Shown here: positions 59,611 to 64,000 of the stretch, in pieces
Position numbering within the stretch: position 1 is the first letter of the stretch
Layout: each line of letters begins with the position of its first letter
Assembly (NCBI GenBank): GCA_036769565.1
Contig: DAIPKW010000004.1
Location: 3,669-67,668, forward strand
Direction of reading: 5' to 3'
Origin: Thermodesulfobacteriota bacterium
Lineage (GTDB): Bacteria; Desulfobacterota; BSN033; UBA1163
DNA length: 64,000 nucleotides
Translations under genes and position numbers: made by a program
Notes under the pieces: model-generated
What the model saw: the letters and a program-made list of their open reading frames with translations, nothing else
Told to the model about the DNA's origin: nothing
Databases searched by the model: none

Positions 59611-60426
59611 TTGATCAAACTGGCTGGAATTCAGATTTCTTGTTCTGAAGAAAAAGGGAAGAATGTCGAAAAAGCGATCAAGTTTTTACAGATCGCTGTC
59701 GAACGAGGAGCCAATATAATCTGTTTCCCGGAACTCTTCACAACCCACTGGTTTCCCAAGGAGATGAACCCCGGCCATTTTTTTCTTGCTGAGAATGCAA
59801 ACGGCCCAACTATGCAGAGGATGCAACAATTTGCCAAAGGGTATGAGGTGGTTTTGGTTTGCCCAATTTTTGAAACAGATGGGGAAGCCTTTTATAATTC
59901 TGCCGTGGTCGTTGATGCAGATGGTGAAATTTTAGGATGCTATCGAAAAGTCCATATCCCACAGATTCCTCTCTGGGAGGAGAAGTTCTATTTCTCTTCG
60001 GGAAATCTGGGTTTTCCGGTGTTTCAGACGAAATTTGGTATGATCGGTGTTCAAATCTGCTGGGACAATTTTTTTCCGGAAGGATCTCGAATCTTAGCCC
60101 TGAAGGGGGCTCAAATCATCTGTGCTCCAACTGCCGCCGCTTTTGCCTCACAAGAAAAATGGAGGACGGTTATTTCCAGCAACGCCACGACCAATGGCGT
60201 CTTCATCCTCCGAGTGAATCGGGTGGGAAGCGAAGAGAAGCAGGATTTTTATGGGAAATCGTTCTGCGTTTCACCAGAGGGTGAATTGATGGATAAGCCC
60301 AGTGGCATGAAGGAGGGTATTGTTTTTTTTAATATCGATCTGAAGGAGATTGAGCGGGTCAGGAAGGAGTGGCCTTTTTTAAAGGACAGAAAACCAGAAA
60401 ATTACCAGGAGATTACAGAGCGCTAA
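59611..60426 (+). CDS. carbon-nitrogen hydrolase family protein (nitrilase/omega-amidase-like)
   Basis: Catalytic triad context 'ICFPE', 'YRKVH' and 'GVQICWD'. 271 aa, TTG start. Confidence 0.8.
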   Translation: MIKLAGIQISCSEEKGKNVEKAIKFLQIAVERGANIICFPELFTTHWFPKEMNPGHFFLAENANGPTMQRMQQFAKGYEVVLVCPIFETDGEAFYNSAVVVDADGEILGCYRKVHIPQIPLWEEKFYFSSGNLGFPVFQTKFGMIGVQICWDNFFPEGSRILALKGAQIICAPTAAAFASQEKWRTVISSNATTNGVFILRVNRVGSEEKQDFYGKSFCVSPEGELMDKPSGMKEGIVFFNIDLKEIERVRKEWPFLKDRKPENYQEITER

Positions 60427-60511
60427 GTGCATAGCGCATTGAGCGGAACCGATAGAGAATTGAACCCCTTGCCCTATGCTCTATGCTTTTAGCCCCGCTG
60501 AAAGGGAGAGA

Positions 60512-61132
60512 ATGAATAAGCGAAAAATCTTTAAAGAGTATATTGAGCCCATTCTTATTGCCATCCTGATCGCACTTTTTATTCGGACCTTTATCGTTCA
60601 GGCTTTTAAGATCCCCTCCAGTTCGATGGAGCCTACCCTTCAAGTGGGGGATCATATTCTTGTGAGTAAATTTATTTATGGGATCAAAATCCCTTTTACT
60701 AAGGTGAAGCTGCTCGATTTTAAAACGCCCCAAAGAGGGGACACCATCGTTTTTGTCTTTCCCAAAGACCCTTCAAAAGATTTCATCAAAAGGGTGATCG
60801 CTGTAGCAGGAGAGAAAGTGGATCTCGATGGAAACAAGATCTATATCGATGGCAAACAGATTGAAGATCCCTGGGGCCATTATGACACGAAGAATGATTG
60901 GAGGAGGAGCCTTGGTCCGGCTGGTCCCTATGAACATGTGGTGGTTCCCAAAGATCACCTCTTTGTTTTGGGAGATAACCGAGACAACAGTCAGGATAGC
61001 CGCTTTTGGGGGTTTGTCCATGTTAATGAAGTGAAAGGGAAAGCGTTTATCATCTATTTTTCATGGAACCAATATGCGCCGAATATATTTGACAAAATCA
61101 GGTGGGGAAGGTTTGGAAAGTTGATTTATTAA
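60512..61132 (+). CDS. lepB: signal peptidase I
   Basis: 'IPSSSMEPTL' (Ser box), 'KRVIAVAGE' (Lys box) and 'VLGDNRDNSQDSRFWG'. ATG 60512 has SD gaaagggagag; ATG 60476 is the alternative. Confidence 0.9.
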   Translation: MNKRKIFKEYIEPILIAILIALFIRTFIVQAFKIPSSSMEPTLQVGDHILVSKFIYGIKIPFTKVKLLDFKTPQRGDTIVFVFPKDPSKDFIKRVIAVAGEKVDLDGNKIYIDGKQIEDPWGHYDTKNDWRRSLGPAGPYEHVVVPKDHLFVLGDNRDNSQDSRFWGFVHVNEVKGKAFIIYFSWNQYAPNIFDKIRWGRFGKLIY

Positions 61133-61187
61133 TCACAGAAGAGAAAGGCTCAGGGGTAATGTTTTCCTTAACCCATAGACCATTTCG

Positions 61188-62120
61188 TCATTCGTGCTTG
61201 ATAAAGACATTTTCCTTGGCCCACTCGATATCTTTTCGAATCTGGGCAATCAGGTCTGTCAGTGAAGAAAACCGGATCTCATCGCGAATCCTTCTAATAA
61301 AGTCAACTTGAATTTCTTCGCCATAGATCTCGTGATCAAAATTTAGAATGTGGACTTCCAGGGAGAGTTCCTTGCCGTCGAAGGTGGGGTTCAATCCGAT
61401 ATTGGCTAAACCATTCCAGCGCTGGTGAAGCCACTCCACATTTACCGCATAGACCCCTGTTTTGGGATAGAGTTCCTCAGTCATCTCGAGATTGGCTGTT
61501 GGAAAACCGAGATCGCGTCCTCTAAATGTTCCTTCCTTCACCCGTCCCATTACCGGATAATTCCTTCCCAATAGTTTTGAAGCCTGCTCCACCTCTCCAT
61601 CTCGGATCAGTTCTCTGATTCTGGAACTACTGACAACGGTGCCATTCACGATGAGCGGTTCCACGACCTCTACTTCGATTTCAAGAAGTCCACAGTTTTC
61701 TTTCAAAGATTCCACATCTCCGCTCTTGTCTCTGCCGAAACGGTAATTGTATCCAACAATAATCTTTTTTGTTCCCACTGTTTCCAATAAAATGCGTTTT
61801 ATAAAATCGGGCGGTGCGATCTCTGAAAAGGTTTTTGTAAATTGAATACAGAGGACTTTCTCGATCCCCGTCTTTTCCATCAACATCATCTTCTTTCGAA
61901 AAGGTGTGAGAAGGGGAGGGCACTGATCAGGGTTGAGAATTTTAAGGGGATGGGGCTCAAAGGTGATGACGACTGCCTCACCTCCAATTTTTTGGGCAGT
62001 ATCAGCAACCTTTTTGAATATCCTCTGATGCCCTAAATGAATACCATCGAAGTTTCCCAGCGTCACCACCGGGTTCCTAAAAGGCCTCTTTAAATTTTCA
62101 ATCCCTTGAATGATTTCCAT
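61188..62120 (-). CDS. ribF: bifunctional riboflavin kinase / FMN adenylyltransferase
   Basis: 'VVTLGNFDGIHLGHQ' FAD-synthetase N-terminus and a C-terminal flavokinase domain, 310 aa. Confidence 0.9.
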   Translation of the reverse strand: MEIIQGIENLKRPFRNPVVTLGNFDGIHLGHQRIFKKVADTAQKIGGEAVVITFEPHPLKILNPDQCPPLLTPFRKKMMLMEKTGIEKVLCIQFTKTFSEIAPPDFIKRILLETVGTKKIIVGYNYRFGRDKSGDVESLKENCGLLEIEVEVVEPLIVNGTVVSSSRIRELIRDGEVEQASKLLGRNYPVMGRVKEGTFRGRDLGFPTANLEMTEELYPKTGVYAVNVEWLHQRWNGLANIGLNPTFDGKELSLEVHILNFDHEIYGEEIQVDFIRRIRDEIRFSSLTDLIAQIRKDIEWAKENVFIKHE

Positions 62121-62374
62121 TAGTTAAAGAATAGGTTTCGTCTAACGGTAATGATGCCCATATCGTCATTAGAAGGTTACGTTTGCCGTCTCTCAATTCT
62201 TTAACGTTACCTAACCCTTAACCGAAACAGGCTTCCTAACCGTAGCCGTCACACCTGTTATCTCCATCGCTTGACTTTAATCTAAAAAAATATAAAATAG
62301 TATCTGGTTATTTTCAATCGAATTGACCATGTTTAAGGGTTCCATTTTGCCTTAACCTTTATCCCGTTTCAAAA

Positions 62375-62463
62375 GCCGAAGTGGCGGAATTGGTAGACGC
62401 GCTAGATTCAGGGTCTAGTGAGCAATTGGGCTCGTGGGGGTTCAAATCCCCCCTTCGGCACCA
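62375..62463 (+). tRNA. tRNA-Leu (anticodon CAG)
   Basis: Manual fold: acceptor GCCGAAG/CTTCGGC, anticodon stem CTAGA/TCTAG with loop TTCAGGG, a long class II variable arm, T-arm GGGGG-TTCAAAT-CCCCC and an encoded CCA. Confidence 0.8.
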
Positions 62464-62525
62464 TAAAAAATTGGAATTTTGGAATACTGGAACGTCGGGA
62501 AATTTTTCCGGCTTTGACTTTCTCA

Positions 62526-62557
62526 TTATTCCACTATTCCATTATTCCATCGTTCCA
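62526..62557. repeat. (TATTCCAY)n microsatellite-like tandem repeat, with GGAAT/GGAAC repeats in inverted orientation at 62469-62494
   Basis: tattccac-tattccat-tattccat-cgttccaa is read directly. The upstream ttggaattttggaatactggaacg has the same motif in the opposite orientation. Confidence 0.45.
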
Positions 62558-62561
62558 ATTA

Positions 62562-64000
62562 CTATTGGCTTTCCCTGAAAGAATGGTTCAAATCGAATTT
62601 GAAGAAATCGGTGGTGGGTTTCGTTCTTAAAGAAGCCTTTCTGGCTGGCACTGTTCCTTCTTTAAAGCATTCTAAGATGGCTCCTTTGGGACCTGTCTTC
62701 AGATCGACCTTCATCAACTCAATTCCATCAGGGACGGGAAATTGCTTCACTTCCTTATCCTTTAAAACCTTTGACATAAAAGCGACCCAGATCGGAGAAG
62801 CCGCACGGGCACCGGTTTCATTTTCACCAAGGGACCTATCTTCGTCAAAACCAACCCACACGCCAGTGATGAGTTCCGGAGTATAACCAATGAACCAGGC
62901 ATCGAAAAACTGATCTGTGGTTCCTGTCTTTGCCGCTACAGGTCTTCCGAGGGTTTTGGCTCTCCATCCTGTTCCATTCTGGACCACACTCTCCAGAAGA
63001 TTCGTCATGAGATAGGCTGTTTGTGGGCTGATGACCTGTTCTTCCTCCACCGATTCTTTGACCAAACGAGGGAGATGTTCTTCGAGTAGATTGCCGTTTC
63101 TGTCCAGAATTTTTTTAACGAAGATTGGATTAAATCTTTTCCCCTGGTTGGCAAATATGGTGTAAGCGTTTGTCAATTCATAAAGAGAGAGACTCGAAGA
63201 GCCTAAAGCCATGGCAAGATTGTTATGAAGGGATGCGGAGATTCCGAGCTTGCGCGCATAATCTTTAATATAATCGATGCCGACATCCCGTGCAATCTTA
63301 ACTGTGACCACATTGACCGATCGGGCAAGCGCATCTCTCAGCGTCGTCGGCCCATTAAATTTCTCATCGAAATTTTTAGGTCTCCATCTCTTATTTCCGA
63401 AATGAAAGACGATTGGAGAGTCATTAATGATGGAGACAGGCGTATACCCCTTATCCAAGGCAGAGGCAAAGACGATGGGTTTAAAGGCCGATCCGGTCTG
63501 TCTAAGCGCCTGGGTGGTGCGGTTGAACTGACTCTTTTTGAAGTCTCTTCCTCCGACCATGGCCTTGATATAACCGGTTTCCAAGTCAAAGCAGATCAAT
63601 GCCCCTTCGACCGATGGGAAAGAAGAATATTTCTGTCTTTTCTCAATCTCTCTTAAGCCAGCTTCTATTGACTCTTGGGCAATGGTTTGGTAGTGAAGAT
63701 CGATCGTGGTATATACCTGCAACCCATCTCTATAGAGAGCTTCTTTACCATATTTCTCCTCGACATATCTCCTGACGTGCTCAACAAAATGGGGTGCTTT
63801 TTCGAATGGCGTCAGTTGTCTTCCAATGATTTTTATCGGAGTCTGAAGTACTTTTTGAGATTCACTGGAAGAGATGAGCCCTTCTTCAACCATCCGATTT
63901 AAAACATAGGCTTGTCTCTTTTTAGCTTGTTCGAAATGGATATGAGGAGAATATTTACTTGGCGCCTGGGGAAGTCCTGCCAACAAGGAAGATTCTGCAA
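62562..64000 (-). CDS. mrcA: class A penicillin-binding protein (PBP1A-type transglycosylase/transpeptidase), 3'-portion; N-terminus lies beyond the window
   Basis: The ORF is open to the window edge. 'LAGLPQAPSKYSP' marks the end of the glycosyltransferase domain, 'SAFKP' is the transpeptidase SxxK motif and 'KTGTT' the KTG box. Confidence 0.85.
   Translation of the reverse strand, partial: AESSLLAGLPQAPSKYSPHIHFEQAKKRQAYVLNRMVEEGLISSSESQKVLQTPIKIIGRQLTPFEKAPHFVEHVRRYVEEKYGKEALYRDGLQVYTTIDLHYQTIAQESIEAGLREIEKRQKYSSFPSVEGALICFDLETGYIKAMVGGRDFKKSQFNRTTQALRQTGSAFKPIVFASALDKGYTPVSIINDSPIVFHFGNKRWRPKNFDEKFNGPTTLRDALARSVNVVTVKIARDVGIDYIKDYARKLGISASLHNNLAMALGSSSLSLYELTNAYTIFANQGKRFNPIFVKKILDRNGNLLEEHLPRLVKESVEEEQVISPQTAYLMTNLLESVVQNGTGWRAKTLGRPVAAKTGTTDQFFDAWFIGYTPELITGVWVGFDEDRSLGENETGARAASPIWVAFMSKVLKDKEVKQFPVPDGIELMKVDLKTGPKGAILECFKEGTVPARKASLRTKPTTDFFKFDLNHSFRESQ

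Overview
The window is a 64-kb stretch of bacterial chromosome that is almost entirely core housekeeping genes. Strong Shine-Dalgarno sites, several GTG/TTG starts and a probable AUC start for infC are visible. No CRISPR array, transposase or integrase is detectable.

Gene content, left to right:
- a CUT1-type sugar/glycerol-3-phosphate ABC importer (binding protein, two permeases, MalK-like ATPase) followed by a HAD-IIA phosphatase
- mutS, pcm, a LysM-M23 NlpD-like lipoprotein, tsaD and rsmA
- a 637-nt ORF-free gap, then clpB and tRNA-Val(GAC)
- an E. coli-like operon thrS-infC-rpmI-rplT-pheS-pheT-ihfA, followed by a MerR-family regulator
- tRNA-Pro(GGG) and surE
- a gluconeogenic cluster: archaeal-type bifunctional FBP aldolase/phosphatase, miaB, class I FBPase and a long class II aldolase-family gene
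- a WbpA/WbpE-like nucleotide-sugar dehydrogenase plus DegT aminotransferase pair
- a SpoU/TrmH-family RNA methyltransferase, an SPFH/NfeD pair and an MBL-fold hydrolase
- hflX, guaB, a two-gene insertion, guaA, dnaE, accA and mutL
- a type IV pilus cluster on the minus strand (pilB-pilT-pilC, then a PilS-like kinase and a PilR-like sigma-54 regulator) with no adjacent pilin gene
- an OmpR-family two-component pair, a carbon-nitrogen hydrolase, lepB, ribF, tRNA-Leu(CAG) and the 3' part of a class A PBP that runs off the window end

The most unusual locus is the two-gene insertion that splits guaB from guaA. It encodes a TPR/zinc-ribbon polytopic membrane protein and a fusion protein with an N-terminal DUF4388-like domain, one TM helix and a C-terminal GspG-pseudopilin-like domain.

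Other points worth a second look are the infC start context, the hflX upstream in-frame extension, several structured or repeat-rich spacers, and two candidate non-coding regions (upstream of clpB and of ihfA).
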